64,000 bases of DNA from Octopus sinensis (Eukaryota), in the NCBI RefSeq assembly GCF_006345805.1, contig NC_043011.1, positions 22,146,464 through 22,210,463 of the forward strand, read 5' to 3'. Position 1 is the stretch's first letter; each line of letters begins with the position of its first letter. The notes under the pieces are model-generated. The model searched no databases. It had not been told where the DNA came from and saw only the letters and a program-made list of their open reading frames with translations. The position numbers and the translations under genes were made by a program. Positions 46,258 through 64,000 of this stretch are shown piece by piece.

Positions 46258-49200
46258 AAACTTCAAATTAGCTAATTCAGTTTTATAAATGCCAAAAATT
46301 GCTCAAATCTAAGACATTTCTTAGTCTTTGAGAAAAAATAAAGTTTCTTTAATGCCTAGGGTTATGCAGTTGGTTAAATTAAAATGACTGGTTACACTTC
46401 AAAAGTATTTACAATTTGTATTTTCTTGTTTACATTGTTTTAAATATCAATGGTTCAATTCACCTAACTGCAAATATTAATGCTATAGGAAGTGTAATGC
46501 ATCATTAATGAAAGCTGATGTAATGCCAGTTCAAATACTTCTATAAGTAAATATATGATTTAAACTGGTATTCCTGTCTTGAGAGAGTTATGTATCTGAA
46601 GTACTTGATGCTGTGAAGGCTAGGATAAACTACAATTCACTTGGCCTTTAGCAGAAAATAATCTTTATGGGATAAATAAGGTACAAAAGCATCTGTAGCG
46701 AGAAATCTCCTTCAACTGACAAGTCTTCTTAATACAACAGACATGCAGGATGATAACTTGTATTTTTGTGAACCACAGAAAATATAGATAATTTGTAATA
46801 ATCTACATTTTCTGGATAGTGAACGTCGTAGAAGAGTTTTTTAACCCTATAATCAAAAGTATTTCAGTCTTAAACATCCTGTTTTTTTTTGTTGTCAGGT
46901 ATTGTCTGAGACTTTGTTATTTATCAAGTCCTTCCTACCTCTTTTAAATAACAGCATGTAACCACTTAAGGGTTCTCTTGTTGGCTCAACATGTAAGAAT
47001 TTTTATAGTTGATATTGGTCAAAACATGGGATCATAAAAAATGAATTATGTTTAATCAATATTGTAGTGGATTTGTTAACTAAAATTTGAATTTAAAAAG
47101 TTTACTCCAACTAGACAATTTTCTTTTTTTGCTTTCACAGGTTTCTATCCACTATCTGCTTGAGGAGAGAAAAATAAATTGTTTGATAATGAATCCTTGA
47201 GCTATATGTGCTATAATGTAGAGGCAAACCCTTGGTGAGCTGAATCTTGTAATTTGATTTAAATTCCTCACTGTAGCAGTTTAATTTATGTTGCTAATTT
47301 TCTTAATGAAGATATAAACACTCATCCTCTATAAATATGCTGTGTTGTGCCTATGAATGAAATTAATATTAAATGAAAAAAGATTTTAATCATTAAGTTT
47401 CAAATAAAATTAATTATTTTAAAGTAATTAATAACTAAGGTGTATAATTTCACTTACTATTTTTATATATATACTTTGTGATGCACTGGAGATTAAATAG
47501 AAATTACTTGGTGCACTTTGCATGGAAAGTTGCAAAGAAGAAATTTTTTAATAAAACGTTTAAGTAAAAATTTATATAAAAAAAGTAATGCTTGTTTTAT
47601 TTATTTATTACACTTGTGTTAACAAAATTATCAATAACTTGTTTTTCAACTTGCTGAACAATTTAGTATGCATTTTCTAAAGTAAAATATTTTGAAAAAT
47701 CCATGGTGCAACAAGATACCCTTTGTGACATGTGATTGAAGACCACTGGTTTATCCCTATCATAAATGTAGAAGTACTTTCTGTAACAATTTTATTAGTA
47801 TAAAACAAGTCTGTTGTAAAGTATGTTTAGTAACATTTTAGAAATGATTAAATATAATTTTACTCTAAATCTTTTAAAATTCATTAAGTAAAAGATATGA
47901 TAATATAGATAAAACGGAATGGTAAAAGCAAAAAGAATGAGAACATAGAGAAGCTGTGATGCAGCAACCTAATATAAGGTATATATATAGAAAATGAGAT
48001 GGATATATTTTGAAAAGCAATAATAGGTTAATAATAATAAAGATAACGAAACGGAGGGTTTAAAGGGAGGTCACTAATACTTCTTTATACCGTGTATGAA
48101 TTACAAATACTGAAAAATGAGATGGTTCTTATCTATCAATCAATAAAATAAAAGGGAAAGAAATCAGGACTATGATAATTATATTTGTTTTATCAATATA
48201 TTTATCCAGCTTATTCTTCTGTTCAATTGTCTTCATGTTCTTCTTATCGTTTAGCATTCGTTATTTTATGCACAGGCTAAAAGAAATAGGCAAGACAACT
48301 TCATGCAAATATCAGTTGCTCACCATCTAACTTTTCTTACTTCTATTCCAATCAATACCAAATTCCACAGCAGCAAGAAATATGACCAGTTTCTTCAAGG
48401 ACAGTAACACAAGAAATTGTTTTTTTTTTTTTTTATGAAACCAGGACAATTAAAGGTTATATTCAAATTAATTATTGAATTCTTTAAAAAAAAACCCAAC
48501 AGGATCTTTGAATTTCATGTGAAATTTTAACAGCTGCTGATTACAGAAATACTGGACTTTGATGAATACTTGAATCAGGCTAAGACAAAATTATCTCAAA
48601 CTTTCATTTCTCTGAAATCATTAATATACTTACCTTTATATTTGAAGAGTGTTTGTAAGTCACTTCAGGTTGATCAATTGTTGATATAAACGTGTGAATA
48701 TGGTACATTACAATAGTAATGTAGTCATTTTCATAAGGAATTCTTCAGATGTCCAGATGCTAGAATACATTTTGAGGCTTTACTATTGTAATGTAGGTAT
48801 GAAAAAGCATTGTAATTTATTTAGAATCAGCTAGGCTGCAAAGTATGTACATACTATCTAAAGTCACACCAACAATATATATGAACCCATGATACTCGTT
48901 AGCATCCTTTCCACTTTCTCACAATGTATGGTCTTTTACATCATCTTTTCATGGGTAGAATTATTTAATCATTGAAGTAATTATTTTCATAGTTAGATGC
49001 TGTTCCTACTGCAAAACACATTTGTGAAGTGAAACTAGAAAACCTATAATGGCAAGTAATTTTGTTAGGGGTACAACACATTGGTTCTGATAGTAAATTT
49101 TTGAATTAACTGTGCATAATCAAGAGTCCAACACTCTGGCTCCACCCCAGAGTCATATAACACAATGTATGTTCATAATTTGAAACAGACACAATAAATG

Positions 49201-49351
49201 AGGTGAGTCTTTGGTTACTTATAGTGTAGTCATTAATTTTCACATTTAGCTACTATTGTGCCTGAAGGCAAGGCACATAACTCTATCTGTTTTAGGTTAA
49301 CTAGCTGGAAAATAGATATATTACAGTAGTAGTTAAGTTGTATATAGTTCT

Positions 49352-49689
49352 CTTACTTGTTTCAGTCATTTTGACTGTAGCCATGCTGGAGCACCACCTT
49401 TAACTCGAAGGACTCATTCTTTGTAAACCTAGTACTTATTCTATTGGTTTCTTTTGCCAAACTGCTATGTTACAGGGGTGTGAGCACACCAACATCGGTT
49501 GTCAAGCGATGGTGGAGGGGACAAACACAAATACATACATATGACGGGCTTCTTTGTTTCCATCTGCCAAATCCACTCACAAGACCTTGGTCGGCCCAAG
49601 GCTAAAGAAGACACTTGCCCAAGGTGTCATGCAGTGGGACTGAACCTGGAATCATGTGGTTGGGAAGCAAGCTTCTTACCACACAGCCA
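49352..49689 (-). mobile_element. CORE-type SINE
   Basis: cttgtttcagtcattttgactgtagccatgctggagcacc...gaagacacttgcccaaggtgtcatgcagtgggactgaacc...accacacagcc. Confidence 0.88.
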
Positions 49690-51034
49690 AATTATATAAG
49701 CCTAAAAAAAACAACAACACCACAAAGACAAATGAAAGGACTCTCTGCTTCAAATCTTTCAATATTTCAAGTTTGTTGGTTTAGCAAATCTGGATATTTG
49801 CATAAATTTTCAAGCACTTCATTATCATCCATGATAAAAAAATACACAATCTTTAAGGAGCAGTGTCTCACTTTTTTTTAAACAATGTATTATTGACGTC
49901 TCATATTTTAAGTATACAACTCTGTGTTTACATATATATATATAGTGATGCAATCTAATCAGCAGTTAGTACCTAGATTTTCAGTAGTCACTATTGGTCA
50001 AATTGTCTTATTATTTATCATTCAACAATTCTTTTCACTCTTTGAGTATTTCTGTAACAACCTACTGTTGTTCAGTGGATATTTAAAATTATATGTTAAT
50101 ATAGATCTGTTTACATACATTTATGTATATGTTTTACTTTTAAATTGTTACTTTTTCAGAGTTAACTACTCTTATTCAGCAATATCTGTTGCATAATAAA
50201 AGACTCTACTGCTGTACCCAATAAATCTCAAATTTTCTTTGTAAATCCTTATATTCTTCAGCAGTTTGAGATGTATTTCTTTGCACACTGATGTATTTTA
50301 GTCATATCTGGAAAACAGAGTTTTCCTTATCAATCTTCACTTTGATTTCTGCCTTGAGCCTGTATAACTTTCATCCCTTGGCCTATCTGGCCCAGGTGTC
50401 ATATTTTACCAAGTTGAGCAATGTTCTTCGGTGAAATTTTCGAAATGATGATGAAAAATTCTGAAGACATTTGATAGAAAATTAACTTTTGTTTTTATTT
50501 TAAGAAATATTTTATTATTTTTCAATTGCTTGCTTTATGTTGTATTTAAAAAAAATCATTCCTCTAATTTTGTCACCAAGGGCATAAGTAGAAATTAGAA
50601 CGGTTATATCTTTTGAATAAAGAGTAGAACATAAGACAATAAAGATTCATATCTTTGAAGAAAGGGAAAAACCAAATGTTTGACCTTTCTTCTAAACTTC
50701 TGAATGAAATAATGCAATACATTACTACTGAAGATATGGTGTTGTAATTTTTAAAATGCATTCTGCATACTAAAATATTTTTATTGGCAAAATGCACCTA
50801 ATTACTGCTCCATAAATCTATTGTACCTTTCGTGAACAATGTTACTTTAAAATATTTCCAAATTCTTTAATATGATACTATAAAAGGCCCCAATTTGTAC
50901 GTACATAAATGGCAATCCATCACTATCATCATAACCGTAAAATAATAGATTACTGAGAATTGGGGAGCAGTAAGGAGTTTTCCCCCCTTTATTATTTTGA
51001 AACTTTGCCCTTAAAACAATTTTCATTATTAGCA

Positions 51035-51160
51035 AATTGGTCGACCTTGCCTTTCATACTTTCAGAATTGATAAAATAAATACCAGTTGAATACTGTGGT
51101 CGAAATTACTCCCCCGAAATTAGTGGCCTTGTGCCAAAATTTGAAACTATTATTAGCCAA
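51035..51160 (+). mobile_element. SINE fragment (11108/12160 family)
   Basis: ggtcgaccttgcctttcatactttc...gataaaataaataccagttg...ccttgtgccaaaatttgaaac. Confidence 0.7.
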
Positions 51161-52859
51161 TTAATTTTTTAGGGGCCAGTATCACAAAGGAATGCAACTA
51201 ATTCACATACACCACCTATGAGCAATGAATATTGAAACAAAGTTTATTGTTTTTCCTATTGAACTTTCGCTGTTGCTTTGGAGAAATGCAAGATATAGGT
51301 CCATGAAGAAAATGAAAAACAGGCAGTAATAGGTTTTAGATTTAGTAAGACAAAAGTATATAATTTCATTACAACCTAATGATGTAAAAGAAGGAAAGGA
51401 GACAGTTTGGAAAATGTCAATCATCATGCTGATGATGCTTTGTGCCCTTTCATTATCTTCTGTTTAAGCATGAATGTTTAAGATATTGGTGCTGTTGAGT
51501 TGGAAATGCAACAAATAGGGTAACCTTCCTTTTTTTTAAAAATCTATTTATTTGTAACTTTGTTTAGATTTAAAGAATTTCAGAAGTCAAACTTGAATGT
51601 TTATTTTAAACAGCAAGTTTAGACTTTGTACAATGTTATTTGTGAAATGAGACCCCCACCTCAAAAAAACCCAAAACAAATTCCAGGCAAGTGAACCCAA
51701 TAATAAAAGATTATAAAAATTTGCTTAGGATACTTATAATCATTTTAACAGCCTTGTAACACTAAATCCAAGCAATTATTCTTATTCCTTTAAGTTCCAT
51801 TAAGAAAAGTTTATATCATTAGTCTTCAAAATATATAGAAAAGATCAATGGTTAGTCTGGCACACTAAGAGAAATTATACAATCAAAATATTTGTTTTAT
51901 ATATTTAAAATGATAATTCATCTATAAACTGGCATGAAGTTTTTAGGACATAATGACTCTAAATATCAACTAACTTATTCTGGATGTTAATTTTTTAAAA
52001 ATCCATGTAATAAGAAAATCTTAATCCCTTAATTTTGAGAAGCAAATTTTAATTCAACATTTGTGGGGTGTAACAAATGTTATATTAATGTTTTTCATTG
52101 TAGATACAAAATAAATACTCATTTTATTTCCAGAAAACTTTTGAAGAGAATTAGAATCTTAAATCAATAAATAAATATAAGAATATTTAACACCTTACAA
52201 ATTTCATATGATGGAAAATACAATTAGTGACTTCCATAAAATTTGTAGCTTTCAACAAATGAAGGATAACTGAAAACTGTTTATAACTAGAATAGGAAAA
52301 TTTGAAAGTTTTCCTCAGAAGAAAACAAAAAGCGTTTTTCTGTTATCTCGAACTATTTCTTTTATATTGCTACTTCAAGAGGAAGCACATTTACAATTAT
52401 AGATATGTAAATCATAAATTATATTATGTTTAATATTTTATAACACAGTAAAAGAAATTCACTAAATATTAAAATTAGATGTTAACAATTTGTGACAACA
52501 AATAAGAAAAACATTAATTTAAATACTTTTACATATACTTCGATGAAAATCTATTTTGTAATTTAAGAAACACCAACACTAAATATTTGACAGTTCACAT
52601 ATGTACAACATGTAATATTCATTTTATTTTCAAATTAGCGGTTGATTTCTAATTATACTGGAGAATAACATTCTATCATTTTCCCGTAAATTTTCATTAA
52701 AAATATTTTTCTCATTGGTGGTATTACAGAAATGTCAATGAAATAAACACTTCTTCTTGATGTGATGGATACGTTTGGCATTGTAAAAGTGAAATAAAAC
52801 GATACATCAGAAGTGGATGTTGCTCAGTGGACATTTAAAACTATATATAAATACGTCTA

Positions 52860-53400
52860 TTTACACACGCGTGTATATATTTTTCCTATTAGTACATTTT
52901 CGTACTTTTAAATAATATTTTGAGGAAAGAAAAAAGTGAACAAAAAAATGCCGTCATCCGTGCTTCTTCTCATTGGTTGGTTAATAAGCTTCTCTGGTCG
53001 AGCGACTGAATGCGCTGATTGGCTGAGTTACCATGAATATTAATGACACTACAAGCCCGGCTGGAAATATCAAATATTAACCAATAAGACTTGGCTTGTA
53101 TATACCATTGATTGATCAACCCGCGCGCTCACTTGCCTATTAAGCTACCAGTAAGCAAGGACCGCTTGCGAAAGGCATACACACACATATGTATACATAC
53201 ATATATATCTTACCCAGTTAAACGTTGCAGGCCTTAGCACTACTACTACTACCGTCAGCCAGGCCATAGTTTAAAAAGCGCTGCTCACTCATCAGTACTA
53301 GCACACAGCGTACATACACACATATATATTGGTAGCATCCAATCAGTCAACGACAAACGTTTAGACAGGCCGTGGCTGTGCAGTTCACCGCCATAAAGAA
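52860..53400 (+). promoter_or_regulatory. ANP32 promoter / 5' region with a CCAAT (NF-Y-type) box cluster
   Basis: CCAAT/ATTGG at 52972, 53018 (CTGATTGGCT), 53081, 53328 and 53339; ACACGCGTGT palindrome at 52865-52874; CCCGCGCGCT near 53121; CpG-rich relative to flanks; directly upstream of the ATG. The TSS was not determined. Confidence 0.7.
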
Positions 53401-53532
53401 AAAAACAACATAACTAGCAACTAGCCGATAGAAAAATATTCAGACCAAACAGAACCCGAAAGGGGTTAGTGACGAAAAGTGGCTACAATAGATAAAAAAT
53501 CAACAGCTCAAAGCCAACACAACGGCTGCACA

Positions 53533-59469
<5,937 letters not shown>

Positions 59470-59612
59470 TTGGAGACCTTGTAGCCCTTCTGGGTCGAAG
59501 TGCAAAGACTGTGTACAGTATTGTTGATGGAAGCCCTCGCCTCCCCAGGTGGGTGGCAAGGTCTGCCACCAGCATATCGTGTGTGATGATGCATACCATA
59601 GTACTACCACAA

Positions 59613-59618
59613 AATAAA
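59613..59618 (+). other. Candidate proximal polyadenylation signal of ANP32
   Basis: First AATAAA after the stop codon (~145 nt downstream). Confidence 0.45.
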
Positions 59619-61094
59619 CTTTCAACTTAGGTCATTCTAACTACACATAGTGGTGGCCAGCATTTCTTCAAGATTTGCCCCCTGTCCATTTCTCCTGAGT
59701 CCAGCCAATTTATCCTGGTACCACGGGTACACCCTTCCTATTTAAGGTTTTATCTTTCAGGGTTTCATTCTACTTAGGTTTTTTTTTTTTCATGCTGCTG
59801 CTCATTGCTTTATTGACCCACCCACTCTCCTTAGTTTGAGGGTTATATTCTCACACTGCTGTCTTTGGTTTGAATATTGCTGCTGTCTTCTCCTTAGTGT
59901 TTCTCCCTGCAGCCAATGTCATATGCAGTACTATTATGTAGTATATTTACAGCATATATTTTCTGTTTATGCATAATAAGTTCTGAAAGGCTGTCTTGCA
60001 AAATTTTCTCCAATTTGTATGATCAAACATTTGACTAACAAGGCCAAATCTCCACCCAATAACTTGATCAATTCGTATATTGTTTGCTGATGCTAAATTT
60101 AAAGAAGCCTACTTAAAAACGTTTAAGGAATATTTTTCACCTAGTTAATTTTTAGGGTCATGTTAGAAGGCCTGGTGAGATGTATAACTTTATATTATGT
60201 TAGTTGAATTCACTGGATTAATTTTAACATGTGGGTTTTAGTTAAATTGTTTTCTGGCTCAATGAGATTTAAACAATAGTTGCAGTTGAAATAAAATTAT
60301 TTTACACTAGTGATTTTATTTCTAGCAGCTCGAAGGAGCATGGTATGCAGTTGAAAATTAAACATCATTTATAGCCTGTAGGGGATTGATTGGATCAGTG
60401 CCTTCTTGTAAAAAAAAAAAACCCCTGCTTTGTGCAGCACTATATTGCCATGTGAATTTTTTAAAAACTTCTGCTGAAATCCTTAAAACAACTGTTGCTG
60501 GACAATTTTTCTTCTCTTTAGATATGATACTTTGCTATTGGGTGTGTCTGGAGATGTATTTACCGTGTGTGCCTAATTTAACTGGAGATTTGTTTGGGGG
60601 CTCAAAAATGTTAGTAAAGATCTGCTCTCTATTTGAATCATGGCCAGTGTTAGGATTCAGCCCTTTTAATGTTAAGCATTCCATTACAAGCAGCATTAAT
60701 TTCTGGTCTCCCAACTCTGCTTGTTCCCAGTCCTCTTGCAACTCAGGTATCTTGTTGCTCTTCCAACTCTGTAGGTCAGTATTTCTAGAGACCAGCCAGG
60801 GGCTAATCTACTCATGAAATTCAATGTTACAAATTTTAAGTCTTTAAAGTTAGGTACATTTACATTTAAAGGACTTAGTTTTGAGTAATGTTCTTACTTG
60901 TGTGCATGCATTTCATAGGGCTCTTTTTGCATATAGGGATTTTCTTTTTTCATGTCACAAATTCTCAAGTCATTCAGAATTTTTCCTTTCTGCAAGTACT
61001 ACTTTGATGACTGTTAAAGCAACCAGGACTATTGTAAAATATCCCCTATCCCATTGTATAAAGTTAACCATTTAATCTACTGTTCAGCCTGTAT

Positions 61095-61100
61095 AATAAA
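61095..61100 (+). other. Candidate distal polyadenylation signal of ANP32 (another AATAAA at 61901-61906)
   Basis: AATAAA after a long, repeat-free, U-rich region that resembles a 3' UTR. Confidence 0.35.
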
Positions 61101-61958
61101 GTTTCATCATTATAATCCAGCTACACCTTTCATAGTTCATGGACATGGAGCAATCAATTTGTTTTAACAACATGATAGTAGTACTTGGGCTGCCTTTCAG
61201 TTGGCACCAACAAACGTGATTCTTACGTATACAGGGATGTTTGTTGCTGTATAATTTTATACTTTAGGTATTGGTTCAGATTTCAGCCTTGTTTATAAAT
61301 GAATATAGTGCTTAGTTAGTGTTGGTGACATTGTATTGTCTCAGCAGTATAAACACATGTGCATTGTTGCAGTGCCTGATATGGTTCCTGATTGTGATTC
61401 TGGGTGCCTCCAGCAAGGTAATAATAATAGTTGGGAAAATTAAAATGACTTCTGTAGATTAAAATATTTTCTCTTTTCCACGTGGTTAGTTGAATGGCCT
61501 AAGATTTCAAACCCTTACAGGTCAGCCCTTGCAGCCAGGGTTGTTCCTTCCTAATTTGTACAGTAAAGAGATCCATTTTTGTATCATGTGGGTTGGTGTT
61601 GCTGGTATTTGTGGGATTAAATACCTCATAAGTAGCTATAACACCAATTACATTATCCCCTATCCCTTCACACTTCCTCTCTATTTTCTCCCCCAAATAC
61701 TCGTCTTTTTTTTTTTTTTTCAAACCCCCTCCGTTCTTTAATTTTCATTGTAAACTTGACATTTTCATACATGGCAGCCATACACCACTCCAACAGGCTG
61801 AATTCTGAACCAGCATCATGAAGACTACTCAGGAGTTTAGGCACATTCTCCACCTATCAACTGACCCTTCAATCATTGTGCTCTCTCTTTCTCTGTTGCA
61901 AATAAAAAGATTTTTATATATAAATTTCTTGTTTCTCTCAGTTTGTTGCTGTACATAA

Positions 61959-62329
61959 TCTTTATATATATATAAAGCTGAAGTTGTCTGTGTGTGGCAG
62001 GTTTGGTAGCCTTCAGCTAACACTATCTCCTCCGAGACCCTGCAGCACAAGTTGACCCAAGAAGAAGGCTTGCTCTTCATTCCCTAGAGGATAAAATTCA
62101 AATTGGACCATGTTAAGACCAAAAATTATTTACATCAAAAAGATGCTTTTTTTTCTATGAAAATCTCTATTTTTTTGACTGCTGTGTCGCCATTTTTCGG
62201 TGTATTTCAACCAGAAAAATGTTCACTTAAAGAGAATAACAAGCTACATAGTGCAAAATTTTTACTTTTCAAAAATTCCAATTCTAAAGGGTCGAAAGAA
62301 ATCTGAGCAATGCTGGGCGATACTGCTAG
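61959..62329 (+). mobile_element. Non-autonomous Helitron (371 bp)
   Basis: Inserted A|TC...CTAG|T; subterminal GC-rich hairpin remnant gcaatgctgggcgatactgc just before CTAG. Confidence 0.72.
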
Positions 62330-64000
62330 TTGTTGATAAATGTTTGTCTTCGATTAAAACTACATCTTCTCAGTATTATTTGTTTGTAAATTTAGATTTG
62401 AAATAAAGAAACCCATAAGTAGTATGTTTTAGTTTTGGTGATGGATGTTAGGTCTTTTTCCATCATTCTATACAAGATATTTATAAATTAGTAACAATTT
62501 TAACCGTTTATGGATTATGACTGCTGTGATAAAGATTATAATCAATCAAACAAGAATGATGTGATGTAAGTTATTGAAGGCTAATAAGTTCTTTGAATGT
62601 GTTTCTTAGTAGATTGTAAATTTTTCAGATAATTAATTGCATCATGAGATGATAGATGCTTTGATATTGATATCTTATTGTCAGGTGTCCTATTTGTGGA
62701 TGCTTACATAGTGCCAGGCAGAATTTGAACTTTGAATCCTTATTTTATACTAAGGGTATTAATGTCATTCACGTGGATGACTTTACAATAGAAATAACTC
62801 TTTGGGATGAACGGTGTTTAAAATGAAATATAGTTGTAATCAGATCATTTTCCATACTGGATGACAAGGGTTATAATAAAAAAAAAATTAAAACCGCATT
62901 TTTTTTCCCTTTGAGTGACAGCTGCTGGAGTGTATATTTCAGAGGCATATTAATATGAATGTTAGGTTATTGATGTTGCGACTAAATAGAATCTTTACTG
63001 GGCAAACCTAGCAATGGGCTTGTTTTTGCCTCCGACTTGAGCAGGTAGTAAAGTAGTACTGGACTGATTACATGGTCATGAGGTTTCTATCATCCTGAAG
63101 TAATATTGGTCCTGAAAAGCCGAACTCGACTGATTTATCAACTAGATGTCAAAATTTATTTATAAACGTAATCCTAATATTTTTTTGTTTTAGTTTAGGT
63201 CTATGATCAATAGCATTCCAGCTATGACCACCCCGTATTTTTTTCTGGCATGAAATGTCACCGATAATGTAAAATAGCATGTAGGGCAGTACGATGAAAT
63301 TTGGCTATTATCTCTAGCAGTTTAAATACCACAGTGAGATACGCTTCTCAATCAATGTTCGTTTTTATTCATCCAAGTACCAGTAAAATTATTGGGTCTG
63401 AGATAATTTGACGAAATCTTTATCTGGAAAAAAAAAAATTGCAAAATTTAATCGAGTTGAAAGAGAGAGAGAAAGGGATACGTTAAGGCGAATAAGAGAT
63501 TAAGGCAAAAACCGTTATCTTTTCAATAGCAGGTCAACTGATGTCGATATCTATCTTCCCAGCTGACCAAATTATACCTGCATGCACAGGTTTGGTGGGA
63601 AACCGAGTTTTAATATTCGAAAATTTGATTATAAAATCCGATTTGTTTCAATTCCACTAATGCATATTACCTTCCATAACAACTTTTCAAAGTAATACTA
63701 CTAAAACATATTTAGTTCCTTCGAAGGAAGATGGAAAGATAAATGAAAACAACTTTTTAATTTCTCTGTCGTACTTTCTCTCTCTTTCCCCCCTCTCTAT
63801 GCACGGACATACAAAGGTATGCGCAGATATATAGCAAGCACTGGACGACAACGATTGATTGATTTGATCGAAATAATTTTCTTTCATAACTTAGAAAATG
63901 AGCTTTATGTAATATAATACATATATAACTGGTTACAACATTTTTAGTTACATACATGTGAAATCGATCCCCGCTTCTCCATGCTTTCTGTCAATCAAAC

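Noticed and set aside
60326-60342. Micro-exon-like tag/cag...ATG|GTATGC in the 3' region
   Set aside because: Too short and unsupported; expected by chance in U-rich UTR sequence
63480-64000. CpG-bearing segment at the window end with exon-like splice motifs
   Set aside because: No convincing reading frame or homology; cannot be judged without downstream sequence

Overview
AT-rich eukaryotic DNA, very probably from an octopus (inferred from the SINE/RTE repeat families and abundant (TA)n tracts; not verified). One clear protein-coding gene is present: an 8-exon ANP32-family gene on the + strand (53533-59469, 822 nt, 273 aa; LRR domain, acidic tail, C-terminal NLS), with every intron GT-AG and in consistent phase. 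It has a CCAAT-rich promoter and a 4-kb, CpG-rich, nearly transposon-free intron 1. The first ~52 kb is mostly decayed mobile DNA: RTE and CR1/Jockey-like LINEs, several tRNA-derived SINE families, pogo, maT (DD37D) and mariner remnants, piggyBac and mariner MITEs, Helitron-like elements and a near-identical 1.3-kb tandem duplication. Most provided ORFs are spurious or TE-derived. The best leads are: (i) young retroposon tails repeatedly sitting inside (TA)n microsatellites; (ii) a Penelope-type minimal hammerhead ribozyme at 36238-36268; (iii) a candidate internal promoter and in-frame alternative first exon, a candidate poison exon and a YY1-motif cluster in ANP32 intron 1; (iv) an ANP32E-like H2A.Z-interaction motif in the acidic tail; (v) long RNA hairpins at 131-278 and 25822-25878. 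All alignments were done by eye. TE boundaries are approximate unless TIRs or TSDs are quoted.
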